From Candidatus Multivoradales bacterium (GTDB lineage Bacteria > Acidobacteriota > Thermoanaerobaculia > Multivoradales > J023), in the NCBI GenBank assembly GCA_965248925.1, contig CBDFLE010000006.1, forward strand, positions 1,504,001 to 1,568,000: a stretch of DNA of 64,000 nucleotides. Reading direction: 5' to 3'. Positions within the stretch are counted from its first letter, which is position 1. Each line of letters begins with the position of its first letter. The position numbers were made by a program, and so were the translations under genes. Positions 31,613 through 41,778 of the stretch are shown piece after piece. The notes beneath the pieces were generated by a model. That model worked only from the letters and a program-made list of their open reading frames with translations, was not told the DNA's origin and did not search any database.

Positions 31613-31708
31613 GGCTTCTCCTTCAGAGGCGCATCCAATTCTCGGACCGAGGCGGCACAAGACACTTGCGGCGAGGCAGACTATGGTTCATCGCGAGTCT
31701 ACCGACTC

Positions 31709-32725
31709 TTACGCCATCGGGTGCCTGAAGAAGGCCGAATAGCGTCCGGTGGCGTGGTGCTCGAGCTGGCGCTCGATATCGGCGAGCAGGCTGGAGGCGC
31801 CGTAGCGGAACAGGTCGGGCTCGAGCCAGCGGCGACCGAGCTCTTCTTTCATCAAGATCAGCCAGGCGAGGCTTTGCTTGGCGGTGGAGATGCCGCCGGC
31901 TGGCTTGAAGCCCACTTGGTGGCCGGTGCGTTCGAGGTACTCGCGGATCGAACGCACCATCACCAGGCTAACCGGCAGAGTGGCGTTGACTTTCTCTTTG
32001 CCGGTGGATGTCTTGACGAAATCGGCGCCGGCCATCATCGCCACCAGGCTGGCGCGGTAGACATTGCGCAGGGTGCCGAGTTCGCCGGTGGCGATAATCG
32101 CTTTCAGATGCGCTTCGCCGCAGGCCTGGCGGAAGCTCTTGACCTCGTCGTAGAGTTCTTGCCACTGGCCGGTGAGCACTAACTGACGGGTGACGACGAT
32201 GTCGATCTCACTCGCGCCGTCGGCGACCGATGCGCGGATTTCCTCGATGCGTTGCTGACGCGGCGACAAGCCGGCCGGGAAACCGGTCGACACCGCCGCC
32301 ACCGGGATGCCGCTGCCGGCGAGCGCTTCGACCGCGGTGGCCACGTAGCGATGGTAGACGCACACCGCGCCGACCTTCAGATCCAGCTCGCCAACACCTA
32401 TCTGGCGCAGCAAATCGCGGCGCACCGGCCGCCGCGCCTTGGCGCACAAGCGGCGCACGCGTCCCGGAGTATCGTCCCCCGACAGGGTGGTCAGATCGAT
32501 GCACGAAACCGCTTTCAGCAACCAGCCGGCCTGGTGATCTTTCTTGACGCTTCGCCGGCCGCCGAGAGTGGCGGCGCGACGTTCGACGGCGCTCTTGTTG
32601 ACTCGTACGTCACGCAGCCAGTCGGCCTGGAAGGCGATGCCAGGGTTGCGCACCAGGGTGTGCTCGGACGAATCCTCGGGGGCGCGGACTTGCGCCAGAC
32701 GAACGGGTTCGGGAGACATTTCCAT
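31709..32725 (-). CDS. deoC: Deoxyribose-phosphate aldolase
   Basis: IDLTTLSGDDT, GASEIDIV, GADFVKTSTGK, GFKPAGGI and RYGASSLL motifs. Confidence 0.95.
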   Translation of the reverse strand: MEMSPEPVRLAQVRAPEDSSEHTLVRNPGIAFQADWLRDVRVNKSAVERRAATLGGRRSVKKDHQAGWLLKAVSCIDLTTLSGDDTPGRVRRLCAKARRPVRRDLLRQIGVGELDLKVGAVCVYHRYVATAVEALAGSGIPVAAVSTGFPAGLSPRQQRIEEIRASVADGASEIDIVVTRQLVLTGQWQELYDEVKSFRQACGEAHLKAIIATGELGTLRNVYRASLVAMMAGADFVKTSTGKEKVNATLPVSLVMVRSIREYLERTGHQVGFKPAGGISTAKQSLAWLILMKEELGRRWLEPDLFRYGASSLLADIERQLEHHATGRYSAFFRHPMA

Positions 32726-32824
32726 TTCCTCTCGGCCAACTTCAGCGTTTGCGTCGGATAGCAGCGGCCAACCATTCTAGCGCAGTCCCAAGCACTGCAC
32801 CCGCCGGTGGTACTCTGCCCGCCA

Positions 32825-33886
32825 ATGCGCCCCGATTTCTCAAAGCTACGGCACTTCTGGCTGCTCTGGGCCTTGTACTCGCTGGTGGTGGCGATCCTCT
32901 TGTTCGCCATCTTCGAACTGGGTATCTTCGCCCTCTCCCGACAGCCGCAGTGGCTTCGCTCCTGGGGACCCAAGCGAGCCCTGCGATCGGTCTATCTGCA
33001 GCGCCGCGAGGTGATTCAAGCCAGTGCGCAGTGCGCCCGCTGGGATGAGGAGCTGAGCTACACCCTGCGCCCCGGCCAATGCCGGTTTAGCAATGTCGAG
33101 TTCTCGACCGAATACCGGATCAACCAGACAGGATTGCGCGACGATCGCAGCTCGCTGGTAGGGCCGCAGGTAATTGTCCTGGGCGACTCCCACGCTATGG
33201 GCTGGGGGGTCGAGCAAGAGGAGACCTTCGCCCAGTTACTGGAACGCTCGACCGACCTGCGGGTACTCAACGCGGCCATCTCCTCCTACGGTACCGCCCG
33301 AGAGATGCTCATGCTGCGCCGCCTCGATACCAGCCAGCTGCGGCTGCTGGTGGTGCAGTATGGCCAGAACGACTTCCACGAGAATGGCTCGTTCCTCGGA
33401 ACCGATGGTGAGTCTAAACGGCAGCCACCGAAGCGCTTCAAGCGTAGTGTCGACCAGCACCTCAAGAACCGACGCTACCGACTCGGCCAATATCTACTCA
33501 GCTGCCTGCGCCTCGAGGACAGGCCGGTCAGCCTGCTGCCGGCACCGCACCGAGACGGTGAGGAAGCAAAACGATTTCTCGATGTGCTGCTAGGCGCCAC
33601 CGCCCTACCGCCAAAGGTCCCAGTGCTGGTTTTTGAGATCAACGGCTATGCCCGCAACGACCGCGGTTTCGGCAACGCTCTGCGCCGGCTTCTAGCCGAA
33701 CGCCAGATCGAACGCCAGATCGAGGTGATGAACGTCGCCGACTTTCTCACCACCGAGCACTACCATGTGCTCGACGATCATCTCGCCGCCGCCGGCCACC
33801 GCCAACTGGCCACCGCCATCGAAGGGCGCCTCGGTTCTCTGCTGGCGAGTGCCGATTCTGAGCCCGGTGGTCAGCAGCCCGACTGA
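32825..33886 (+). CDS. Membrane-anchored SGNH/GDSL hydrolase
   Basis: N-terminal TM helix; intact LGDSHAMGWGV, NAAISSYG, GQND and DDH motifs. Confidence 0.8.
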   Translation: MRPDFSKLRHFWLLWALYSLVVAILLFAIFELGIFALSRQPQWLRSWGPKRALRSVYLQRREVIQASAQCARWDEELSYTLRPGQCRFSNVEFSTEYRINQTGLRDDRSSLVGPQVIVLGDSHAMGWGVEQEETFAQLLERSTDLRVLNAAISSYGTAREMLMLRRLDTSQLRLLVVQYGQNDFHENGSFLGTDGESKRQPPKRFKRSVDQHLKNRRYRLGQYLLSCLRLEDRPVSLLPAPHRDGEEAKRFLDVLLGATALPPKVPVLVFEINGYARNDRGFGNALRRLLAERQIERQIEVMNVADFLTTEHYHVLDDHLAAAGHRQLATAIEGRLGSLLASADSEPGGQQPD

Positions 33887-34062
33887 CACCAGCGCGGCCC
33901 GCCCCGATCCAGGTCGGCCGCCTCCACGGCTCTCCTGAACGGTCGTTCGGACGGTGTTGAGGCGTTGCCAACCAGGTCGAGCGTCGATATCATCCAGCGG
34001 TTTCCGCTGCCTTGGGCCGCCTTCTCCGGCCACCTGAAAGACACAACTCAAAGGACATCGCC

Positions 34063-35211
34063 GTGGATTTTTCGCTCACCGAAGACCAACTCGCCGTCCA
34101 AGAAGCGGCGCGAGAATTCGCCATTGGCGTGATCGATCCGATCGTCGATGAAACTGACGAAAACCAGCGCTTCCCTCTTAAGGAGATCCTCCAGGCAGGC
34201 GAGCTGGGCTTTCTCGGGGTGATCTTCCCCGAGGAGTACGGCGGCGCCGGACTTGGTTACGTCGAGTATGTGCTGGTGATCACCGAGTTATCGATCGTCG
34301 ACCCTTCGGTTGGCATCTCGATCGCCGCCCACAACTCGCTGTGCTCCAACCACATCTACAAGTTCGGCAGCGAAGCGCAGCGCCAGCGCTGGTTGGTGCC
34401 GCTGGCCAAGGGAGAGAAGATCGGCGCCTGGAGCCTGACCGAACCCGACGCCGGCAGCGACGCCGCCGGCACCCGCAGCCGTGCAGAGAAAGTGGACGGC
34501 GGCTGGATCCTCAACGGCTCGAAGACCTTCACTACCCACGGCTCGGTGGGGGATGTCTGCGTGGTCTTCGCGGTCACCGACCCGGACGGCCCCCGGCACC
34601 ACAACATCTCGGCCTTCGCCATCGACAAGGGTACCGCGGGCTTCCGTCCCGGCAAGAAGGAAAACAAGCTCGGCATTCGCGCTTCCGACACCGCCGAGGT
34701 GGTGATGGAGAACTGCTTCGTCAGTGACGACAGCTTGCTCGGCGAGCGCGGCGACGGATTTATTCAAGCCCTAGAAATTCTCGACGGCGGGCGGATCTCG
34801 ATCGCCGCCCTCGGCCTGGGCACCGCCAAGGGGGCTTTCCAAGCGGCCCGCGACTATGCCAAGCAACGGCAGCAGTTCGGCAAGCCCATCGCCCAATTTC
34901 AAGCGGTGCAGTTCATCCTCGCCGAGATGGCCAACCGGATCGCCGCCGCTGAGATTCTGGTGCTGGCAGCCGCCCACGCCATGGACCGTGGCCAGTCGGT
35001 CAGTCGCTTGGCCGCCCAAGCCAAGCTCTACGCTGGCGAAGCGGCGGTGTTCTGCGGCGACCAAGGGGTGCAGATTCACGGCGGCTACGGCTTCATCAAG
35101 GACTACCGGGCCGAGAAGTTCTACCGCGACTCCAAGATCTGCACCATCGGCGAAGGGACCAGCGAGATCCAACGCCTGGTGATCGCTCGCCAGCTACTGC
35201 GAGGCCAATAA
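34063..35211 (+). CDS. Acyl-CoA dehydrogenase
   Basis: AWSLTEPDAGSDA, LNGSKTF, KLGIRASDT, RQQFGKPI, QIHGGYG and IGEGTSEIQR motifs; AAGGA RBS before GTG 34063. Confidence 0.95.
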   Translation: MDFSLTEDQLAVQEAAREFAIGVIDPIVDETDENQRFPLKEILQAGELGFLGVIFPEEYGGAGLGYVEYVLVITELSIVDPSVGISIAAHNSLCSNHIYKFGSEAQRQRWLVPLAKGEKIGAWSLTEPDAGSDAAGTRSRAEKVDGGWILNGSKTFTTHGSVGDVCVVFAVTDPDGPRHHNISAFAIDKGTAGFRPGKKENKLGIRASDTAEVVMENCFVSDDSLLGERGDGFIQALEILDGGRISIAALGLGTAKGAFQAARDYAKQRQQFGKPIAQFQAVQFILAEMANRIAAAEILVLAAAHAMDRGQSVSRLAAQAKLYAGEAAVFCGDQGVQIHGGYGFIKDYRAEKFYRDSKICTIGEGTSEIQRLVIARQLLRGQ

Positions 35212-35631
35212 ATGATCGGCAAAATCGACCATATCGGCATCGCGGTGCGCTCGATCGATGAAGCCAGGGGGCTCTATGAAGCCCTCGGCCTGGAGATCGA
35301 GCGGATCGAAGAAGTTCCCCAAGAAGAGGTCCGGGTGGCAATGATCGCATGCGGCGACAGCCATATCGAGCTGCTCGAACCCACCGCGCCCAGTTCGCCG
35401 ATCGCCCGCTTTCTCGAGCAACGGGGCCCCGGCATGCACCACCTCTGCCTGGCCAGCGACGACATCCAGACCGACGACAGCCGCCTCCGCGATGCCGGCC
35501 TGCGGGTGTTACGCCCTGAACCAACCCGCGGCGCCGGTGGCTGCTGGGTGCAATTCGTCCATCCCAAGAGTGCCGGTGGCGTGCTGCTTGAACTCTCGCA
35601 ACCAGCGACCGACCCAGACCCCGTCGACTGA
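35212..35631 (+). CDS. mce: Methylmalonyl-CoA epimerase
   Basis: IDHIGIAV, IELLEP, GPGMHHLC and FVHPKSAGGVLLEL motifs. Confidence 0.92.
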   Translation: MIGKIDHIGIAVRSIDEARGLYEALGLEIERIEEVPQEEVRVAMIACGDSHIELLEPTAPSSPIARFLEQRGPGMHHLCLASDDIQTDDSRLRDAGLRVLRPEPTRGAGGCWVQFVHPKSAGGVLLELSQPATDPDPVD

Positions 35632-35993
35632 TGCAGCCCGGTAGCGTAGTAGTGGCTCACCTGCAGAGCCCCAGCGAGAAATACTGGGGCCGCCTACTCG
35701 CCATCTCCGGTGCCGGAGTCACCCTGCGCGGCATCCACCTGGGGAGCTTCGAAGACTGGCTGACCGCCATCGCCCAAAAGGGCCAACCCGACCTCGGACT
35801 GGTGACCGTGTTCTTCCCCCTGCACCGGGTCGAGCGGCTGTTCCTCGACGAGCAGGTCGGCGAGGTGGAATCCTACGCCCAGCAACTCGAACGCCGTACC
35901 GGGCGGGAGCTGGACGATCTCCTGCTAACATGCCGCCCAACCAACGACCTTCCCTTGCCACCCGCGATGTCACCCAAAGCCCCGGCAATATGA
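35631..35993 (+). CDS. Hypothetical protein
   Basis: TGATG coupling to mce; compact globular-looking sequence (EKYWGRL, VFFPLHRVE). Confidence 0.75.
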   Translation: MQPGSVVVAHLQSPSEKYWGRLLAISGAGVTLRGIHLGSFEDWLTAIAQKGQPDLGLVTVFFPLHRVERLFLDEQVGEVESYAQQLERRTGRELDDLLLTCRPTNDLPLPPAMSPKAPAI

Positions 35994-36091
35994 TGAGAGA
36001 TCTCTGCCCGGCAGCAGAGAAAATGGCCGAGGTTGGCCGGTCGCTGGCCAGCGCCACCGGTTGCGACGCGGCTACCAGAATCCCCTTTCGC

Positions 36092-36928
36092 TCAGAATTC
36101 GACGTAACGCAAGAAGAACGCCTCGGGCTTGAGGGTGCCGCTGAGCAGCACGTTGGCTAGCTCGGGGGTGAGGGTAAACTGGCCACCGCGGGCACCGTTG
36201 CTGGCGGTCATCAAAATCTCGAGCCCGGCCAATGAGCTGGCCGTGCCTTCGCGCAGCTGCACTAGCGCGTTGGCACAGTCGCGCATCGCCTTGAAGACCG
36301 TCGCTTCGGTATCGGTGCCGATGTCGACCAGCATGAAATTCGGGCGACTACCCTGGTAGATGCCAAGCCTTTCTAGATCTTGATCGCGCAGGTAGCTGAG
36401 CAACTCAGTGGCCAGCTGCTCTTGGGGATAGGGCTCGCGCCGCAGCTTGCGGAAATCGACAAAACCGGCCACCGTGGCGGCAAAATCAGCCGGGTCACCG
36501 GCGACTCGGACCAAGGTCGCTGGCGGCTTGTTTGACGGTAGGGCCAGCTTGCCTCCGGTCCGCTGAACCAACTGGCCCAGGGTCTCTCGCTCAGCGGCCG
36601 CCTTGTTGGTTTTCAACTCTATGACTTGCCGCGTCTCGATCAATCTGGCACGGCCATAGTTGTCTCTATTGACCTCTTCGGTCTTGGCAATGTCGATTTC
36701 CGCCAGGTCGAGCACCGCTTCAACTCCGTTAAGCAAGGTCACATGGGCCTTGTCGCCGTCGACGCGGTACTCACCCTCAGTACTCAGCTGAGTACCGTCT
36801 TTCAAGAAGATCAGATAGCCCCATGCCGGACTGGTCACCCAAAAGGCACCCAGCAAGACGGCAAATAATGCCGTGAGCAACACTCTCACACCCTGATTCT
36901 TCATCGCCTGGCGAGTTTCTTCGGCCAT
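36092..36928 (-). CDS. Exported hypothetical protein
   Basis: GGAGAG RBS; signal peptide ending PAWG; IFLKDGT beta-hairpin start. Confidence 0.75.
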   Translation of the reverse strand: MAEETRQAMKNQGVRVLLTALFAVLLGAFWVTSPAWGYLIFLKDGTQLSTEGEYRVDGDKAHVTLLNGVEAVLDLAEIDIAKTEEVNRDNYGRARLIETRQVIELKTNKAAAERETLGQLVQRTGGKLALPSNKPPATLVRVAGDPADFAATVAGFVDFRKLRREPYPQEQLATELLSYLRDQDLERLGIYQGSRPNFMLVDIGTDTEATVFKAMRDCANALVQLREGTASSLAGLEILMTASNGARGGQFTLTPELANVLLSGTLKPEAFFLRYVEF

Positions 36929-37059
36929 CTTGTACTCTCCTGCTTGAGGCAGCGTTCGGGATCCGGAGCCTATGATAACCTGCCGCGCGCTCGGGGGTCG
37001 CCGACGATGATGCGCAAGCGCTGCTCTTCAGCCACCGAACCGTCCCGGAATTTTTCCAG

Positions 37060-38178
37060 ATGACCTACGATACTTCCCGAGAAGGTCTGCTTCTACTAGA
37101 GGATGGCACCGTTTTCACCGGCTTTGCCAGGGTGCCGGGCACCGCTTTCGGCGAAGCGGTGTTCAATACCTCGATGACCGGCTACCAGGAGATCCTCACC
37201 GATCCTTCCTACCGCCGGCAAATCGTCGTCATGACCTTGCCCCATATCGGCAACTACGGCACTAGCCGCCGCGCCAGCGAGTCGCGGCGCCCCTGGGTTG
37301 AAGCCTTCGTCTGCCGCCGCTTCACCCGGCGCGCCTCCGGTTGGGGCAGTGAGCAGGACTTGCTGGACTACCTCGAGAGCCACGGTATTCCAGCCCTCGA
37401 TGGCCTCGACAGCCGCGCGGTGGTGCGCCACTTGCGGACCCACGGGGCGATGCGCGCGGTGGTCTCCAGCGCCGTCGACGAACTCGATCGACTACGCGCC
37501 GAACTCGCCGCACAACCAGCGATGGCCGGCTTGGCATTGGTCGACGAGGTCACCAGCGAGCGGCCGGTCGTGGTGGAGCCGAGCAGCGGCGTAGCCCGCT
37601 TCCACGTCGCGCTCTACGACTTCGGCGCCAAAGCGTCGATCGCTGAGCAACTGGTCGAATACGGTGCCCGAGTCACTATCGTTCCAGCCCGCACCACGGC
37701 GAAGACGATCCTGGAATTGGGGGTCGATGGGGTCATGCTCTCGAACGGCCCCGGCGACCCCCAGCCACTCACCGAGATCATCGCCGAAGTGCGCCAGCTG
37801 GTCGACTCCGGCTTGCCTCTGTTCGGCATCTGTCTCGGTCACCAACTGCTCGCTCTGGCCCTCGGCGGGAGCACTTACAAACTCAAGTTCGGCCACCATG
37901 GCGGCAACCAGCCAGTGCGCGATCTCGACAGCGGCAAGATCGCCATCACCAGCCAGAACCACGGCTTCGCCGTGGAGTCCGACAGCCTGCCGACAAGTTG
38001 CCGGGTGACCCACCTGAATCTCAACGACAACACGGTAGAAGGTCTGGCCTTGGAGGGCCGGCCGGTGTTCTCAGTGCAGTACCACCCTGAAGCTGCTCCC
38101 GGCCCACACGATTCTCGCGACCTCTTCGGCCGCTTCCTCGGAAGCCTGCGCCCAGCGGCGGCAAAGAGCGCCAGTTGA
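37060..38178 (+). CDS. carA: Carbamoyl-phosphate synthase small subunit
   Basis: [37 protein letters not shown] and [10 protein letters not shown] motifs. Confidence 0.97.
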   Translation: MTYDTSREGLLLLEDGTVFTGFARVPGTAFGEAVFNTSMTGYQEILTDPSYRRQIVVMTLPHIGNYGTSRRASESRRPWVEAFVCRRFTRRASGWGSEQDLLDYLESHGIPALDGLDSRAVVRHLRTHGAMRAVVSSAVDELDRLRAELAAQPAMAGLALVDEVTSERPVVVEPSSGVARFHVALYDFGAKASIAEQLVEYGARVTIVPARTTAKTILELGVDGVMLSNGPGDPQPLTEIIAEVRQLVDSGLPLFGICLGHQLLALALGGSTYKLKFGHHGGNQPVRDLDSGKIAITSQNHGFAVESDSLPTSCRVTHLNLNDNTVEGLALEGRPVFSVQYHPEAAPGPHDSRDLFGRFLGSLRPAAAKSAS

Positions 38179-39428
38179 GCCACCGAGCACTGCTGCGCGG
38201 CCGCCTACCGCTGCCTTGGGCTTTGGCCTGGCGCTACATGCGCGGCCAACGCAGCCAACTGCTGGGCTCGACCGCCCGCGCTGCCTTGCTAGCCACTACT
38301 TTGGGAGTCATGGCGATGGTCGTGGCGATGGCACTGATGACCGGCTACACCGGCGAGTTGCGACGCAAACTGATCGGCTTGCAAGCTGAGATCGTCGCTC
38401 AACCTCTGGCCGCCGACGCTTTCAGCCGGCAGCGGCAGAAGATTGAGCAAGTGACGGCCCTGGCCGGAGTGGCACGGGTCAGCCGCGCAGCCTATGGCGA
38501 GGGCTCGGTCTCAGCCGGTGGTGAAGATCTGGCGGTGACTCTCAAGGGTATTGAGCCGCGAGTCGACCGAAGCTTCGGCGACTCGGCGGCGCTGCTCGGG
38601 GGCAATGGCGAGGAACCCGCAAACGCTGGCGACGGCCTGGCAAAGGCATTGATCGGCGCCGAACTGGCCCAGCGCCTGGGCGCCAAAGCGGGCGATCCGC
38701 TGCGTTTGGTGGTGCTCGGCATGGGTGGCCAGAGGGCCCGTTTCCGCTATCGCTCGATGCGGGTAGTGGATACCTTCAGCACCGGCTTCGCCGAGTTCGA
38801 CAACAGCTGGATGGTGCTCGACCGCAGGGTGCTCGAACAGCTGCGGGGGGATACCGGAATCAACGTACTCGAGGTCAAGCTGGTAGACCCTGCCACCACC
38901 GACGCCACAGCCGCCAAGATCGAACAGTTGCTCGGCGCCGACTTCGTGATCTCGAACTGGCAGCGCCTCAATCGTGAGCTTTTTACCGCTCTGGCGTTGC
39001 AGGAGTTCGCCCTATTTCTGGTCCTGGGCCTGATCGTGGTGGTTTCGACCTTCAACATCGCCTCGACCTTGGTGATTCTGGTGCGCGAGCGCATGCGCGA
39101 CATTGGCGTGCTCGGTGCCCTTGGCCTCGAAGGCCGCAAACTGTGGTGGATCTTCGTCACCTATGGGGCGATGCTCGGCACGCTTGGCATCGCTCTCGGA
39201 GTGGGCCTGGGCACCGCCATTTGCTGGGCGGTGACTTACTTCGAGATCGTTAGTTTTCCGCCAGAAATCGCCGCTATCTATTTCATCGACGCGGTACCCT
39301 TCCGGGTCGAGGCGGCGGATCTGATGGCTATTGTCGGCTTTGCCCTGGCAGTGACCTTCGCCGCCTCCACCCTGCCAGCCCTTGGCGCGGCGCGAGTGCG
39401 GCCAGCCACCGCATTACGCTATGAGTAG
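38175..39428 (+). CDS. Lipoprotein-releasing ABC transporter permease (LolC/E family)
   Basis: LAWRYMR, NWQRLNRELFTAL, NIASTLVILVRERMRDIGVLGALG, IYFIDAVP and PATALRYE motifs. Confidence 0.88.
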   Translation: MSHRALLRGRLPLPWALAWRYMRGQRSQLLGSTARAALLATTLGVMAMVVAMALMTGYTGELRRKLIGLQAEIVAQPLAADAFSRQRQKIEQVTALAGVARVSRAAYGEGSVSAGGEDLAVTLKGIEPRVDRSFGDSAALLGGNGEEPANAGDGLAKALIGAELAQRLGAKAGDPLRLVVLGMGGQRARFRYRSMRVVDTFSTGFAEFDNSWMVLDRRVLEQLRGDTGINVLEVKLVDPATTDATAAKIEQLLGADFVISNWQRLNRELFTALALQEFALFLVLGLIVVVSTFNIASTLVILVRERMRDIGVLGALGLEGRKLWWIFVTYGAMLGTLGIALGVGLGTAICWAVTYFEIVSFPPEIAAIYFIDAVPFRVEAADLMAIVGFALAVTFAASTLPALGAARVRPATALRYE

Positions 39429-39455
39429 GCACCGCTTGGTTGCCAAAGCAGTGGC

Positions 39456-39577
39456 GGCAGAGCGGTGCTAGTTGGCAGAGCAGTGCTAGTTGGCAGAGCA
39501 GTGCTAGTTGGCAGAGCGGTGCTAGTGGCAGAACGGTGCTAGTGGCGGAGCAGTGTTGGCGGTAGAGCAGTGTTGCG
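39456..39577 (+). repeat. Intergenic 17-18 bp tandem repeat, about 7 copies
   Basis: GGCAGAGCRGTGCTAGTT three times (39456-39509), then 17-bp progressively diverged copies; no spacers. Confidence 0.9.
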
Positions 39578-39601
39578 AGTAAACCGCCACACGATACGAA
39601 C

Positions 39602-40003
39602 TCAGCTCTGACGTTTGAGCTTGATGGTGCCGGTATCGAAGGGCTTGCCGTCGTCGAGTTCAGCATGGGTACCGCTGAACTCACCCCCGGTGACCTGACC
39701 CTCGAAGACGAACTTGCGCCGCTTGTACGAGTTGAAGACCTCCCCCTGCAGCGGACCGTCGATCAGGCTGCCCTCAGCGGTGCCTTCCCAGACCTTCGGC
39801 TTACCTTGCCAGTCGAAATAGAAGCTGACCGCCCAAGTATCCTCGCCAGTAGCCTTGAATCGCGCTTCGATGGGTCCCTTGACTCCCTGCGAGGTCCAGT
39901 TGAACTCGCCGGCAAGGATGGTGGCTTCGTCGGCCGCCAAACTCGAGAACGGAGCAATGGTCAGGAACAGAACAGCTGCTACCAAAAGGATACGGGTCTT
40001 CAT
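39602..40003 (-). CDS. Small secreted beta-rich hypothetical protein
   Basis: GGAGAG RBS; MKTRILLVAAVLFLTIAPFSSLA signal; Gly/aromatic beta strands. Confidence 0.8.
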   Translation of the reverse strand: MKTRILLVAAVLFLTIAPFSSLAADEATILAGEFNWTSQGVKGPIEARFKATGEDTWAVSFYFDWQGKPKVWEGTAEGSLIDGPLQGEVFNSYKRRKFVFEGQVTGGEFSGTHAELDDGKPFDTGTIKLKRQS

Positions 40004-40073
40004 AGGGCTCTCCAAGAATCTGCAATGGCTCTTCGCGCGTCTTCTTTGATACGACTGACAACGACCAGGGTTA

Positions 40074-41705
40074 TCAGCCGCCATCGACCCAAGCGCTAAA
40101 CCCGGCAAAGGCGGCACGACGAGCCGCGCCGGGTTTCACTTGGTCGGCCAGCGCCAAGCGTTGATGAGCCAAGCTGAGGAAGGTGCGCAGCGCTTTCAGC
40201 CGACGTTCGACCAGGCTTGGCGGGAACTTCAGCAACAGGTCGGAGAAGGCTTCCAGCGAGGCCAGTTGGCGCTCGGCGTTGCGGCGCTCTTGATTGAGCC
40301 GCCCGCTACTCGACGAGGCGATGTGGGCGCGGATAGCCCGCTCACCAGCAACCCCCGCATCGGCGGCGCTGATCTCGTCGCGGAGCGAGGGATCGGCCGC
40401 CAAGCGTTGGCGCACTTCCACCCCGTGCAAGCGCTCGCTACGCTCCAGAGCTCGTTGACGACCGAGCACCTGACTGGCGTAGAGAAAAACCACTTCCTGA
40501 GCCAACCGCACGGCCGAGCGTGGAAAGGCGCCACGGGTCGACGATTGCCGTCCCAGGGCCTCACCCACCAACGCCTTGCCGACATGGGCTTCGAGTTGCG
40601 CAGCGCTCGCTGGACGGCGGTCGCTATCGCCACGGACATAGGCTTCGATCTCGCTAACATCACCGAGGCCCGCCGAAACCGCCAGGCCAGCGTGGGCGCT
40701 GAGTAGGCTCAGGGCTTGGGGATAGTAGATGGCGAAGATCCTCAGCGGCTTCGCATCGTCCACCAACGCCGTCAACAGCGCACCCGGATCGGCACCGGCC
40801 AAGGCGGCAAGAAAGAGCCGCGGTGGATTGTCGACTACTTGCTGAGCACTCTCGCGGAGAGTCCGCGACAACGGCAGCAGCGGCAGCAGATCCTCTAGTT
40901 CGCCATGGCCGGCCAGCAGGGCCATCTCGTCGAGCCCTTCGTTGATCACTCGGCGCAGGCGACGAGTATCGCCGAAGAGCAACCGCCAGCCAGCCTCACC
41001 AAAAGCCAGCACCTGACGCAGGCTCGCACCGCCGGAAGCGCCGGCCAAGGCCAGTAGGCTCTGCCGTAGATCTTCTGTGTCGAGTTGGCTGGCCGCCTGC
41101 CCAGGCAAGGTGTCGAGGGCCCGGTGTGCCACTTTCGAAGTAGTTTCGCTAGCCAACCGACCGGGGCGACTCGCGGCAGCGACACGTAGAGCGTCGAGGC
41201 CAAAAGCGGCGGGCAACAACGCCAAACGACCCCAGGAATCTACCGCCGTATCGGCCGCCAACTGGCGCCAGCCATAGCCCGACGGCAGCCCTTTGGCGAG
41301 CCACTGCTCACCGGTTAGAGGGTTGCGCGGCGAGCTACCCTCGCCGTCAGCCGGCTCGGGTGCAGCCAGCTCGACACCGTGGGTGGCCAGTTGCGCGGCT
41401 TCCGCGCCGACCCGCGCCGCCTGCTGGTCGAGCTGCTGCGCCAAGCGGCTGGCGAGGCCGGCACCGGGCACCCACCCCTGCAGCGCCCCCGCCGTCACTC
41501 TCGCCGTCTTGGCCCCTACCTGCACTCCAACACACACCGCGCGCGCGGCGACGTTGGAAGACAGGGCCACTGAGCCGGCCAGCGACCGGCCGGCCTGGCC
41601 GAGCTGTCCCAGGCTACTGCTGAGCACCCCTTGGCCAAGCACCACGTCGTCGAGAGAAAGAAAGCTCTGGGCCGCCTTGGTAGCCACTTCTTTGAACAGG
41701 CTCAT
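40074..41705 (-). CDS. Hypothetical protein, 543 aa, Ala/Leu-rich helical
   Basis: GGAGG RBS; long ORF 73 bp downstream of the 1079-aa gene; no domain recognised. Confidence 0.75.
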   Translation of the reverse strand: MSLFKEVATKAAQSFLSLDDVVLGQGVLSSSLGQLGQAGRSLAGSVALSSNVAARAVCVGVQVGAKTARVTAGALQGWVPGAGLASRLAQQLDQQAARVGAEAAQLATHGVELAAPEPADGEGSSPRNPLTGEQWLAKGLPSGYGWRQLAADTAVDSWGRLALLPAAFGLDALRVAAASRPGRLASETTSKVAHRALDTLPGQAASQLDTEDLRQSLLALAGASGGASLRQVLAFGEAGWRLLFGDTRRLRRVINEGLDEMALLAGHGELEDLLPLLPLSRTLRESAQQVVDNPPRLFLAALAGADPGALLTALVDDAKPLRIFAIYYPQALSLLSAHAGLAVSAGLGDVSEIEAYVRGDSDRRPASAAQLEAHVGKALVGEALGRQSSTRGAFPRSAVRLAQEVVFLYASQVLGRQRALERSERLHGVEVRQRLAADPSLRDEISAADAGVAGERAIRAHIASSSSGRLNQERRNAERQLASLEAFSDLLLKFPPSLVERRLKALRTFLSLAHQRLALADQVKPGAARRAAFAGFSAWVDGG

Positions 41706-41778
41706 CGTCGTCCTCCACAGATCCTGGCGCGGGCCGCGTCCAGCGCTCCCCCGGCCTGCCGCAAGCTAGTGTCCCACA

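Noticed and set aside
39440-39580. CRISPR array
   Set aside because: Units are contiguous 17-18-mers with no unique spacers, and there are no cas genes in the window.
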